Shown here: positions 7,200 to 16,038 of the stretch, one piece after another
Numbering within the stretch: the first letter of the stretch is position 1
How the letters are laid out: every line of letters starts with the position of its first letter
Assembly: GCA_028714455.1 (NCBI GenBank)
Contig: JAQTMG010000003.1
Location: 39,834 to 103,833, forward strand
DNA length: 64,000 bases
Reading direction: 5' to 3'
Source: Patescibacteria group bacterium
GTDB taxonomy: Bacteria > Patescibacteriota > Patescibacteriia > CAIXNZ01
Position numbers and translations under genes: made by a program
The notes under the pieces: generated by a model
What the model saw: the letters and a program-made list of their open reading frames with translations, nothing else
What the model was told of the DNA's origin: nothing
Databases searched by the model: none

Positions 7200-9620
7200 T
7201 TATTTTTTATTTTTCTGCAAAATTATTTTTTTCACTTCCAGCCAGAAAATTATCACGAAACTCGAAAGCAGAATCAAGACAAACTCCATAAAAGTGATGG
7301 ACGCCAACTTAAATTCTGAATTTATGACTGGCACACCCAAAATCAGAAATAGAAACACAATCACGGAAACAAGCCACCAATTCATTGTCTTGTTGGTAAA
7401 GACGCCTAACTTGTAGAGCGGAATGGTTTCTGACCTTGAGACATAAGCCAAAATTATGTGACCCAAGATCCAGGCCGTAAAAGCATATGTCTGCAAATGA
7501 ACGATGCTGGCGTCATGCGCGATAGCATAAAGATAAGAAGCCATCACAGCCACAAATAAAGTGATGCCGCCGATAAAAATCTGCGAAATCAATTTGGCGT
7601 CAAAGATCTTGGCCTTGGGATTTCGCGGCGGTCGGTTATAAATAGTCTTTTCAATCGGTTCGCCCACAAATCCGGCTGAAGCGGCCAGGTCCATAAAAAG
7701 TTCTAGCAGGATTATTTGAATGGGAGAAAATGGCAGGGGCAAGCCGAACAAAATAGGGATAAACAGAACGGAAACCAGGGCGACTTTAACTGAAAGATAA
7801 TATCTGACGCTTTTAACCAAGTTGTCATAAAATTTTCTGCCTTCGAAAATCGCGTGCGAGATTGTAATAAAATTATCGTCCGCCAAAACAACGTCAGCCG
7901 CTTCCTTGGCCGCATCAGTTCCTTTGATGCCCATGGCAATGCCAATGTCAGCGCCCTTGAGCGCCAAAGCGTCATTAATACCGTCTCCGGTGACTGCCAC
8001 TACCTCTCCGCCAGCTCTTAACGCCTTGACCAGACGATACTTGTGCTCCGGGAAAGTGCGCGCAAAAACATTAACTTCTTTGGCGACTTTTTCCAGTTCC
8101 TCGTCCGATAGCTTATCAAGGTCAGCTCCGATTAAAACCTTATCGGCTTCGATGCCGACGCTTTTGGCGATGAAAGCCGCGGTCAGCGGATGATCGCCCG
8201 TGACCATGACTGTTCTGATGCCTGCTTTTCTGGCGGTCTCTATCGTATCTTTAACTCCTTGGCGCGGCGGATCTTCCAATGATATCAGACCCACAAATTC
8301 TAAATTCTTTTCCAGTTCACCCACCGATTTATTTTTGTCTGACGCGTTAATTTCTTTTTTGGCCACGCCGATGACTCTCCTGCCTCTTTCCGTCTCTCGC
8401 TGCAAGGCCTTTCTTATTTCATCAAAACCGTCTCTGCACATCGCCAAAACTTCTTCTGGCGCGCCGCTCTCATAAAGAAAAAATTTATTGTTATTTTCGC
8501 GCAAAACGCCTTTTGTTTTTCGGTCATTGCCAAAATTTCTTTCGGAAATAATTTCTCCCAGGTTATCCAGCTTTAGTTCCTTTGCTTTTTGAATGATGGC
8601 GCTGTCAGTCGGAGTCAAGCTGATTTCAGTTGTCGCCAGATAGGCGGCTAATAAAATTTCCTCCTGCTTATTTTCCGGAAAGACTGAAGCGACGTGCATT
8701 TTACCTTCGGTAATGGTACCCGTTTTATCAGTCAGGATTACCGTCGCGTCACCCAGCACTTCGGCCGCTTTAATTTTTTTTACCAAAAAATTTTGTTTGG
8801 AAAGCCGATAAGAGCCAAGACCCAAAATCATTGTGATCAAAATCGGAAACTCCTCGGGAATAATGGCAAAAGCCAGAGCCAGACCGGTCAGGACCATGGT
8901 CTTGGTGTCCTGCCCGCGCAAAAAACCAATGACAGGGATTAAAGCGGAGAATAAGAGCGCGAACCAAACCAATTTGCCCACCAAATCTTTCATGGCCAGC
9001 TGCAGCGGCGTCTTGGGTTCTTTGATTTCCTGCGCCATCAGAGTTATCTTGCCCATTTTGGTGTCAGCGCCGGTTTTTTTTACCTCGCCCTTGCCTTCTC
9101 CGGCCACCACCAGCGTGCCGGCAAAAATTTCATCGCCCGTCTTTTTCTCAACGGCAAATGATTCGCCGGTCAGCGACGACTCGTCAACCTGCAGACTGTA
9201 TGAAGTCAAAATAATTCCGTCGGCCGAGATGCGAGTGCCTGGCGCCAAAATCAGAACATCACCGATGACAACTTCAAAAGTATCAATCTCGGTAATTTTT
9301 TCTTCGCGCAAGACCCTGGTTTTGGGTTCAGAAATTTTTGACAAAGCCGCGATAGCTTTCTTGGCGCGATATTCATTCCAGACCTCGACAAAAACCAAAA
9401 GCATAATCACGATAAAAATCGTAATCGCGTCTTCGACTTTGCCCCAAATGGAATAAATGACACCCACGAAAATCAAAAGCAAAATCATGGGCTCGGTTAT
9501 TTCTTCCTTGGCAATACCCAAAAATCTTACCTCTTTGTGTTTTTTTAAAAGATTGGGGCCGTATTTTTCCAGACGATTTTTTGCCTCGGCCGTTGTCAGG
9601 CCGGTATTTTCCAACGCCAT
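7200..9620 (-). CDS. Cation-transporting P-type ATPase (P2-type, Ca2+/Mg2+-like)
   Basis: 806 aa with the DKTGTITEG phosphorylation motif, VTGDHPLTA, GDGINDALALKGADIGIAMG and 8-10 TM helices. Confidence 0.9.
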   Translation of the reverse strand: MALENTGLTTAEAKNRLEKYGPNLLKKHKEVRFLGIAKEEITEPMILLLIFVGVIYSIWGKVEDAITIFIVIMLLVFVEVWNEYRAKKAIAALSKISEPKTRVLREEKITEIDTFEVVIGDVLILAPGTRISADGIILTSYSLQVDESSLTGESFAVEKKTGDEIFAGTLVVAGEGKGEVKKTGADTKMGKITLMAQEIKEPKTPLQLAMKDLVGKLVWFALLFSALIPVIGFLRGQDTKTMVLTGLALAFAIIPEEFPILITMILGLGSYRLSKQNFLVKKIKAAEVLGDATVILTDKTGTITEGKMHVASVFPENKQEEILLAAYLATTEISLTPTDSAIIQKAKELKLDNLGEIISERNFGNDRKTKGVLRENNNKFFLYESGAPEEVLAMCRDGFDEIRKALQRETERGRRVIGVAKKEINASDKNKSVGELEKNLEFVGLISLEDPPRQGVKDTIETARKAGIRTVMVTGDHPLTAAFIAKSVGIEADKVLIGADLDKLSDEELEKVAKEVNVFARTFPEHKYRLVKALRAGGEVVAVTGDGINDALALKGADIGIAMGIKGTDAAKEAADVVLADDNFITISHAIFEGRKFYDNLVKSVRYYLSVKVALVSVLFIPILFGLPLPFSPIQIILLELFMDLAASAGFVGEPIEKTIYNRPPRNPKAKIFDAKLISQIFIGGITLFVAVMASYLYAIAHDASIVHLQTYAFTAWILGHIILAYVSRSETIPLYKLGVFTNKTMNWWLVSVIVFLFLILGVPVINSEFKLASITFMEFVLILLSSFVIIFWLEVKKIILQKNKK

Positions 9621-9672
9621 AAAAAATTTATTTATTTTTTATAAAATGAGGCGAGTTTTTTATGCTCGCCTC

Positions 9673-9936
9673 TTAAGTAACAACTTTTACTTCATCCTCG
9701 GAAAACGATAGTCCTTTCAGCTCTCTGGGGCCAAGATTTTCTTCATTGAGATATTCAACAATATCCGGATCTAATCTTCTTTTCGCCTCTTCTATGGTGA
9801 CCTCGAAGACCGTCCTTTGTTTGCCTAAAACCACGCTTGCCACAAAAATCTTGCCAATGATCCCTTTCTTTACGCCTTCGGGCAGGTCCCTTCTGTTCAC
9901 CCTGACTATTTCAATGCGCGTAATCTTGTTTCCCAA
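9673..9936 (-). CDS. Hypothetical small protein
   Basis: 87-aa ORF with plausible codon usage (MGNKITRIEIVRVNRRDLPEG..); no family recognised. Confidence 0.35.
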   Translation of the reverse strand: MGNKITRIEIVRVNRRDLPEGVKKGIIGKIFVASVVLGKQRTVFEVTIEEAKRRLDPDIVEYLNEENLGPRELKGLSFSEDEVKVVT

Positions 9937-10025
9937 GTCAGCACCTCCTTTTTATTGAAAAAAGTACAACAATAGCTTATAATTCCATATAAACCTAATA
10001 ATATTTTATATCAAATTATATTTTT

Positions 10026-11189
10026 ATGCAATGGCCCAAAATCGCCTTAACAACCATTGGCTGCAAGCTTAATCAATCAGAAATTCAAGATTTAAAGCAG
10101 GATCTAATTGATGCCGGTTATCTTATTGTTGATAAAAATGAACCGCACGATTTGCATATTATCAACGCCTGTTCAATTACTCACGGCGCCGAACAAATCA
10201 CCCGCCAAAAAATCCGCGAAGCTAAATCTAAAAATCCAAAACTTCAAATATTTGTCATGGGTTGTTTGAATCAACCAATTCCAGAAATCAATAAAGTTTT
10301 CAAAAACAAAAAGGAGGTTTTAAAATTTATCAAAAAAATATATAAAAATACCCAAATTCGTAATTCAAAATTCATAATTCATAATTCCAGAACAAGAGTT
10401 TTGATCAAGGTCCAAGACGGCTGTAACTTCAATTGTGCCTATTGCATCATTACCAAATTCCGCGGCCAATCAAAATCAATTTCTCCAAATAAAATAATCT
10501 CTCAAATCAAACAAAAAGAAAAACAAGGCGCCAAAGAAATCGTTTTAGTCGGCGTTAATATTTTGCTTTATAAATTTGGCACAACCGATTTAGCCGCGCT
10601 GGTTAAAAGAATTTTAGATGAAACAAAAATCCCACGCATCAGATTCAGCTCGCTTGACCCTCGCCTCGTCAATCCCACTTTCCTCAATTTATTTAGGAAT
10701 AAACGCATCTGCCCACATTTGCATTTATCTTTGCAATCCGGCTCCAATAAAATTCTCAAATTAATGAACCGCCATTATACCGCGCAAAGATATTTACAAA
10801 TTATCAAAACCGCCAGAAAAATAAATCCGCTGACTTCAATAACAACGGATATAATTATTGGCTTCCCCGGCGAAACAGAAAAAGATTTTCAAGATACCTT
10901 AAATCTGGTCAAAAAAATAGATTTTCTTAAAATTCACATCTTCCCCTATTCAGCAAGAGGCGCGAGTAAAGAGCAAGGGCAAATTAACGAGAGCGTTAAA
11001 AAACAAAGATTTATAAAATTAAATAAACTCGCCGAAAAACAAAGCCAAAAATTTCTCAAAAAAATGAAAGACAAAATCATGCCCGTGCTTTTTGAACAAA
11101 AAGAAACCGGCTACACGCCAAATTACATTTTGGTCAAAAAGAAAACAAAACAAAATCTGGCGAATAAAATTATAAATGTGAAAATATAA
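10026..11189 (+). CDS. Radical-SAM methylthiotransferase (MiaB/RimO/MtaB family; MtaB-like)
   Basis: N-terminal MTTase domain (IALTTIGCKLNQSE) and a radical-SAM CxxxCxxC motif (GCNFNCAYCII). The tract IRNSKFIIHNS, encoded by an AATTCAT repeat, looks like an insertion. Confidence 0.75.
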   Translation: MQWPKIALTTIGCKLNQSEIQDLKQDLIDAGYLIVDKNEPHDLHIINACSITHGAEQITRQKIREAKSKNPKLQIFVMGCLNQPIPEINKVFKNKKEVLKFIKKIYKNTQIRNSKFIIHNSRTRVLIKVQDGCNFNCAYCIITKFRGQSKSISPNKIISQIKQKEKQGAKEIVLVGVNILLYKFGTTDLAALVKRILDETKIPRIRFSSLDPRLVNPTFLNLFRNKRICPHLHLSLQSGSNKILKLMNRHYTAQRYLQIIKTARKINPLTSITTDIIIGFPGETEKDFQDTLNLVKKIDFLKIHIFPYSARGASKEQGQINESVKKQRFIKLNKLAEKQSQKFLKKMKDKIMPVLFEQKETGYTPNYILVKKKTKQNLANKIINVKI

Positions 11190-11191
11190 AA

Positions 11192-11322
11192 GGCGAAAAC
11201 GGACATTATCGTCGTTGTAGAGACGGGGCATACCCTGTCTCTACGTCATGTATCATATGACGATAATGTAGAGACGCGGTGCACCGCGTCTCTACGGCGT
11301 TTTACGCCGTCCGTTTTCGCCC
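11192..11322. repeat. Structured palindromic repeat (REP/MITE-like), copy 1, double-core
   Basis: Outer 13-bp inverted repeat GGCGAAAACGGAC..GTCCGTTTTCGCC enclosing two 28-bp palindromes: GTAGAGACGGGGCATACCCTGTCTCTAC (11217-11244) and GTAGAGACGCGGTGCACCGCGTCTCTAC (11268-11295). Confidence 0.85.
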
Positions 11323-11405
11323 AAATAACTTTTATAAAAGAAAAACCCCGCACCTTTTGCTAGCAAAAGGTGAGGGGCAAAGTGTACAAGGTACAAGAAT
11401 CAAAG

Positions 11406-11966
11406 TTACGAAACTACGGAACGAGCGCGCAGAATGTCACCGGCACTGCCAGGGTCGCAGCAGCCGATGTACAATCCGCCACCGCCCCATCCCACGCCCG
11501 GCACACCACCATCGGAATCGCAGGAGCCAGAACAGAGTGTCACGTTGTTGATATCAAGATGCTTTCCTGCCGGCCGGTTCCAGTTATAGAAGAGCTCCAT
11601 GACAAGGCGCTCTTCCAGGGTGATGCCGTTGATGCCGCGTTTCTCGCACTCTTTGGCAGAGAGGTTCTTGTTTTCCTTGTCTGCCTCAATTCGGTCTCGC
11701 AGCCAGATGGCATAGGTCTTGTCGGTCTTGCGTACCGAAATAACGGTGTTAAGGTCATCTCTGTACTTCCATGACGTGAAGTGCTCTTTGCACTTATCAA
11801 AGAGACGGTTTGCGGTCAGGCCTGCGGCCATGATGAGTAGCCAGTTGAAGCCCTTCCGCTTTCCGGGCAGAACGATCTTTGAGAAGTCGGCCTTGATGCC
11901 GAAAACTTCTTTGTAGAAACGCTGCCATTCGGCGATCAACTTACTATATTTCCCCTTTTCCGGCAT
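11406..11966 (-). CDS. Hypothetical protein with Gly/Cys-rich C-terminus, in a GC-rich region (likely horizontally acquired)
   Basis: GGAGGG RBS before ATG 11966. Local GC content is far above neighbours. The C-terminus reads CSGSCDSDGGVPGVGWGGGGLYIGCCDPGS. A terminator hairpin GCACCTTTTGC-TAG-CAAAAGGTG lies at 11346-11375. Confidence 0.5.
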   Translation of the reverse strand: MPEKGKYSKLIAEWQRFYKEVFGIKADFSKIVLPGKRKGFNWLLIMAAGLTANRLFDKCKEHFTSWKYRDDLNTVISVRKTDKTYAIWLRDRIEADKENKNLSAKECEKRGINGITLEERLVMELFYNWNRPAGKHLDINNVTLCSGSCDSDGGVPGVGWGGGGLYIGCCDPGSAGDILRARSVVS

Positions 11967-12118
11967 GAACAGTTCCCTCCTTTCGCTTTTGGGATTTTTG
12001 CGTTTTGCCTCTAGGTAACTCGTTTTCGTTTTATAGTCAAAGAAATTTTAATGTTCAGGAATAGTTAAATTTAGCACCTTCTCATTTGAATGTCAAGATA
12101 GAAAAATATTCCAATTCC

Positions 12119-13216
12119 CTACTTCCTCGCCACTTCCGAGATCAAATCCACATATTTTTTCGCCGCGTCTTTATCAATCATGGTCAGGATATTGCGATTC
12201 AAGGTCTGGCGCTCGGCCGGATTTTTCATTAACAAACCTATAGCCACAAAAAATGTTTCCTTATTCAAATCATTTTGTGACAAAATTTTGACCGCGTTAT
12301 ATTTGGCAAAGTATTGAGCGTTAGCTTCTTGATGGCCGGGTAATGGGATTAAAATTGTTGGCTTACCCAAAACCGAAAGTTCAGTGAGCGTTGAAAAACC
12401 GGAACGCGAAATAACCAAATCGGCCATGACTAAAGCATCAAAAATCTCTTTATTCAAAAATTCATAGGAACGATAACGCGCCTCAATCAATTTCATTGAT
12501 TCGCGATTATAAAAATTTTCAAATTGATCAGAAATTCCCTTGCCCTTACCGGTTATATGAATCACCTGATAATTTTCAACTAGTTTGCCAACTGTCTCCA
12601 AAACATTTTCATTTATAATTTGGGCGCCGGTGCCGCCGCCCATAATCAAAATGGTTGGAATGGCCAGATCTAGTTTAAAAAATTGCGCCGCTCTTTCTTT
12701 ACTGCCGCTAAAAACTTCAAGGCGCACCGGGTTGCCTATCTTATATGTTTTTTTGGAATCAAAATTTTTAATCAAATCATCAAAAGTAGTCGTAATTACG
12801 GTGGCTTTTTTCGCCATCAATCTATTGGCTAAACCAACTTCCAGATCCTGCTGATGCACAAAACGCGGCATACCCAATAACCAGGCCGCGTAAATGACTG
12901 GTACGGCCACAAAACTGCCGGCCGTTAAAACAGCATCTGGTTTAAATTTTTTTAAAATGAGGAGACTCTGGAGAAAAGCGGCCAAGACAAAAAAGGGTGT
13001 AAATAAATTAGCTAAAGAAAAATATTGGCGCCACTTGCCCGCGATTATCGGTTTAAAAGGAATCTGATAAGCGCCTAAAAAATCTTTTTCCGGCCCGTTT
13101 TTTGTGCCCAGCCACAAAACCTCGAGATTCGCGTCTCGATTTTTTAATTCTTCAAAAATTGCAACCAGCGGTGAAACGCTTCCCATCGTACCACCTCCCG
13201 CGAATAAAACTTTCAT
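12119..13216 (-). CDS. murG: UDP-GlcNAc:MurNAc-pentapeptide-PP-undecaprenol GlcNAc transferase MurG
   Basis: MKVLFAGGGTMGSVSPLVAI N-terminal Gly-rich motif and GT28 architecture, in dcw context. Confidence 0.85.
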   Translation of the reverse strand: MKVLFAGGGTMGSVSPLVAIFEELKNRDANLEVLWLGTKNGPEKDFLGAYQIPFKPIIAGKWRQYFSLANLFTPFFVLAAFLQSLLILKKFKPDAVLTAGSFVAVPVIYAAWLLGMPRFVHQQDLEVGLANRLMAKKATVITTTFDDLIKNFDSKKTYKIGNPVRLEVFSGSKERAAQFFKLDLAIPTILIMGGGTGAQIINENVLETVGKLVENYQVIHITGKGKGISDQFENFYNRESMKLIEARYRSYEFLNKEIFDALVMADLVISRSGFSTLTELSVLGKPTILIPLPGHQEANAQYFAKYNAVKILSQNDLNKETFFVAIGLLMKNPAERQTLNRNILTMIDKDAAKKYVDLISEVARK

Positions 13217-13243
13217 AAAAATATGATTAATAAATGGTGGAAC

Positions 13244-14359
13244 TTATTCCCTTGTTTGTCTAGAAATATTGATCACAATCCCGCAGGCTGCCATTAAAAC
13301 CACCAGGGCGGTTCCGCCATAGCTGACAAAAGGCAGGGGCACGCCGGTTAAGGGCAGTAAGCCAACCATAGCGCCAATATTAACAAAGGTTTGGATTATA
13401 ATCCAGCTAATCACGCCCACCGTGAACATCTTGGCAAATTTATCCGGCGAACTTTCGGCGATCTTAAACCCGCGATAAGCCAGATACACGTAGGCAAAAA
13501 TTAACAAACTCGAAACTATCCAGCCCATTTCTTCGGCAATGATGGCAAAAATCGAATCGCCTTCAACTTCAGGCAGATATTGAAATTTCTGTCTCGACAT
13601 GCCAAAGCCTCGACCCCAAAACCCGCCGGAGCCGATGGCCAAAAAGGCCTGGTTGATGTGATAACCGATTCCCTGCGGATCCAATTCCGGATGCAAAAAA
13701 ACCGTCAGTCTGGCGGCGCGATAAGGCGCGATCTTGGCCAGACCGATGATGGACAGAAGCGCCGCCGTAATCAAACCGAGAACGTGCAAGATATTGGCCC
13801 CGCCGGCAAAATAAACGGCCAGAGAAAAAGCCACGATAATCGTCATCGTGCCCAGGTCAGGCTGTAAAAATAAAAGTATGGCGATAAGGCCGAGTATTAT
13901 TAAAAACGGAATCAGGCCTTCAGACACATGGCTAACCTTTTTTTCCTCGCGATTTTCCAGCCAGGCCGCCAGATAAATTAGAAAGGTCAGCTTGGCCAAC
14001 TCCGAAGGCTGAAAAGAAAGGCCGAAAATATTTATCCAACTGTTGGCCGTGCCATAATTGGCGCCCACGTGCGGTAAAAAAACCGCCACCAGCAAAACGA
14101 TCGTCAGCACCAGAAGATAAAAAGCGATCTTGCGCCAAAATCTGTAATCGATTATTGAAAAAAGAATGAGAAAAAAAAGTCCGGGCAAAAAACCGTTGAC
14201 CAGCTGATGTTTTAAATAATAATAGTTGTCTTGAAATTTATTAAATGAAATTGCCACGCTAGCCGAAGAAAGCATGATTAAACCAAAGGCCACGATCGCC
14301 GCCAGCGTGATGATAAATTTATAATCGGGTTTATGATAGGATCTGCCGAAAATTTTCAT
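13244..14359 (-). CDS. ftsW: SEDS-family cell division protein FtsW/RodA
   Basis: 371-aa polytopic membrane protein with FtsW/RodA hallmarks, between murD and murG. Confidence 0.85.
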   Translation of the reverse strand: MKIFGRSYHKPDYKFIITLAAIVAFGLIMLSSASVAISFNKFQDNYYYLKHQLVNGFLPGLFFLILFSIIDYRFWRKIAFYLLVLTIVLLVAVFLPHVGANYGTANSWINIFGLSFQPSELAKLTFLIYLAAWLENREEKKVSHVSEGLIPFLIILGLIAILLFLQPDLGTMTIIVAFSLAVYFAGGANILHVLGLITAALLSIIGLAKIAPYRAARLTVFLHPELDPQGIGYHINQAFLAIGSGGFWGRGFGMSRQKFQYLPEVEGDSIFAIIAEEMGWIVSSLLIFAYVYLAYRGFKIAESSPDKFAKMFTVGVISWIIIQTFVNIGAMVGLLPLTGVPLPFVSYGGTALVVLMAACGIVINISRQTRE

Positions 14360-15741
14360 TTGAATTTTTTTACTTCTTTATTAAATTGGTCTCCCCGATC
14401 AAACTCATTAATAAATAGGCCGAAACTAGCCGCGCCAGGAGACAATAAAAATATATCACCGCGTTCCAGCATCTGCTTTGCCTCGTAAAACGCCTCGCTC
14501 ATACTGTCAGCCAAAATTATCTCATTATCAAATTTTGCCCGGCGTAATTCTCTGATTAATTTTTCCGTGGCCGTGCCATTAAATAAAATCAAGTGTTTTG
14601 TTTTTTTCTTAATAACTCTGGCCGCTTCTTTAAAATCAAGCTTCTTGTCAGTGCCGCCAGCCAGCAAAACTACTTTTTTATCAAATGAATTTAGCGCGGC
14701 AACCAGGGCATCAGGCGCAGTGGCTGTCGTGTCGTTGTAAAATTTGACGCCATTTTTAATCGCTACCAATTCAAGGCGACCGCTTAGCCCTTTATATTTT
14801 TTAATTGCCTGTCTAATTATGCTAATCGGCACTTTCATGGCCAGGCTCAAGGTTATGGCCGCTAAAATATTTTCTTCATTATGCTGGCCGATTAATCTGA
14901 CATTTTTTAATTTAATCACGCTAATTATCTTATTGCCTTCCTTAAATTTAAACCAACCGTTCTTGATAAATCCCCCATTTTCTTTTTCACCCAAATTTTT
15001 TCTGGTATACCAAAAAACCCTGGCCTTTGATTTTTTGGCCATGACTCGAGTGTACTCATTATCTCTGTTAAAAACGGCTATGTCATTTCTGCTTTGAAAT
15101 TTCGTAATCAGCGCTTTGGCGCTGGCATAATGAGTCATGCCATCATAAGTATTAAGGTGGTCGCGCAAAACATTGGTCACTAAGGCAAAACGCGGACTGA
15201 TTTTTTTTCGGCCAAGACCTTCCAATTGCCAGGAAGAAAGCTCCAAAACAACTGGCGTGTCTTTTTTAATCTTTGGCAATGATTCCAACGGCGAAATTCT
15301 GATATTGCCGCCAAGCACCGCGTCCTTTTTATATAATTTCATAATCTCGTAGACCAAACCGGTTGTCGTACTCTTCCCCTTAGTACCGGTGATGCCGATG
15401 ATATTTTTCGAAGGGCAGAGTTTAAAAAATAAAGTTAAATCGGTTTCAATCGGAATATGATTGGTTTGGGCAATTCTTAAAAATTCAGAATCGCGGGGTA
15501 CGCCTGGATTTTGAATTATCATGGCCGCCTCTTTAAAATCATTTTTATCATGTCTGCCTAAAACATATTTTATTTTAAATTTCTTCAGTTCTTTGAGGGT
15601 GGACATTAGTTGTTTTCGACTTTTCAAATCAGTGATCGTTAATCTCGCACCTTGCCTGGCTAAAAACTTGGCCACGCCCAAACCGCCTCCGTGCAAACCG
15701 AGACCCATGATGGTTATTTTTTTGTTTTTGAATTCCAGCAT
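14356..15741 (-). CDS. murD: UDP-N-acetylmuramoylalanine--D-glutamate ligase MurD
   Basis: KKITIMGLGLHGGG Rossmann N-terminus and Mur ligase P-loop GITGTKGKSTTT; overlaps ftsW by 4 nt. Confidence 0.85.
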   Translation of the reverse strand: MLEFKNKKITIMGLGLHGGGLGVAKFLARQGARLTITDLKSRKQLMSTLKELKKFKIKYVLGRHDKNDFKEAAMIIQNPGVPRDSEFLRIAQTNHIPIETDLTLFFKLCPSKNIIGITGTKGKSTTTGLVYEIMKLYKKDAVLGGNIRISPLESLPKIKKDTPVVLELSSWQLEGLGRKKISPRFALVTNVLRDHLNTYDGMTHYASAKALITKFQSRNDIAVFNRDNEYTRVMAKKSKARVFWYTRKNLGEKENGGFIKNGWFKFKEGNKIISVIKLKNVRLIGQHNEENILAAITLSLAMKVPISIIRQAIKKYKGLSGRLELVAIKNGVKFYNDTTATAPDALVAALNSFDKKVVLLAGGTDKKLDFKEAARVIKKKTKHLILFNGTATEKLIRELRRAKFDNEIILADSMSEAFYEAKQMLERGDIFLLSPGAASFGLFINEFDRGDQFNKEVKKFK

Positions 15742-15849
15742 ATAAAAATTATATCAATTTATTCGGTTTTTTTCAATAATTTGGCGATAAGACAAAATTA
15801 TTTCATAATAAAATATTCCGTTAAAAATTAAAGCGCAAACCGCGTTTAA

Positions 15850-15990
15850 TGTTCACCGGGGTTTGGGGGCGCAACTAACCTACGTTAGCCGTAGCTAACT
15901 TCGGTTAGCGAAGGCTAAGCGTCTATTTGCATTTGCGACCCCAAAAGTTTTTGGTACTTTTTGCTTACAAAAAGTACGAAAATAATTATT
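15850..15990. ncRNA. Candidate structured small RNA / leader element (unknown class)
   Basis: An outer stem GGGGGCGCAA..TTGCGACCCC encloses nested hairpins GTTAGC-CGTA-GCTAAC and CTTCG-GTTAG-CGAAG. It is followed by the palindromic hairpin GTACTTTTTG-CTTA-CAAAAAGTAC, in a 297-nt gap between murD and the next gene. Confidence 0.25.
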
Positions 15991-16038
15991 TCAATTAAAA
16001 AATCCCTCAAGGCGAGAGATTTTAAATGTTATAAAAAA

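Noticed and set aside
7712-9456. Multiple ORFs antisense or out-of-frame within the P-type ATPase gene (e.g. 8833..9456, 207 aa)
   Set aside because: They are fully embedded in a high-confidence 806-aa ATPase gene. The amino-acid composition is Ser/Thr/Ala/Pro-biased, as expected for out-of-frame or antisense translations.
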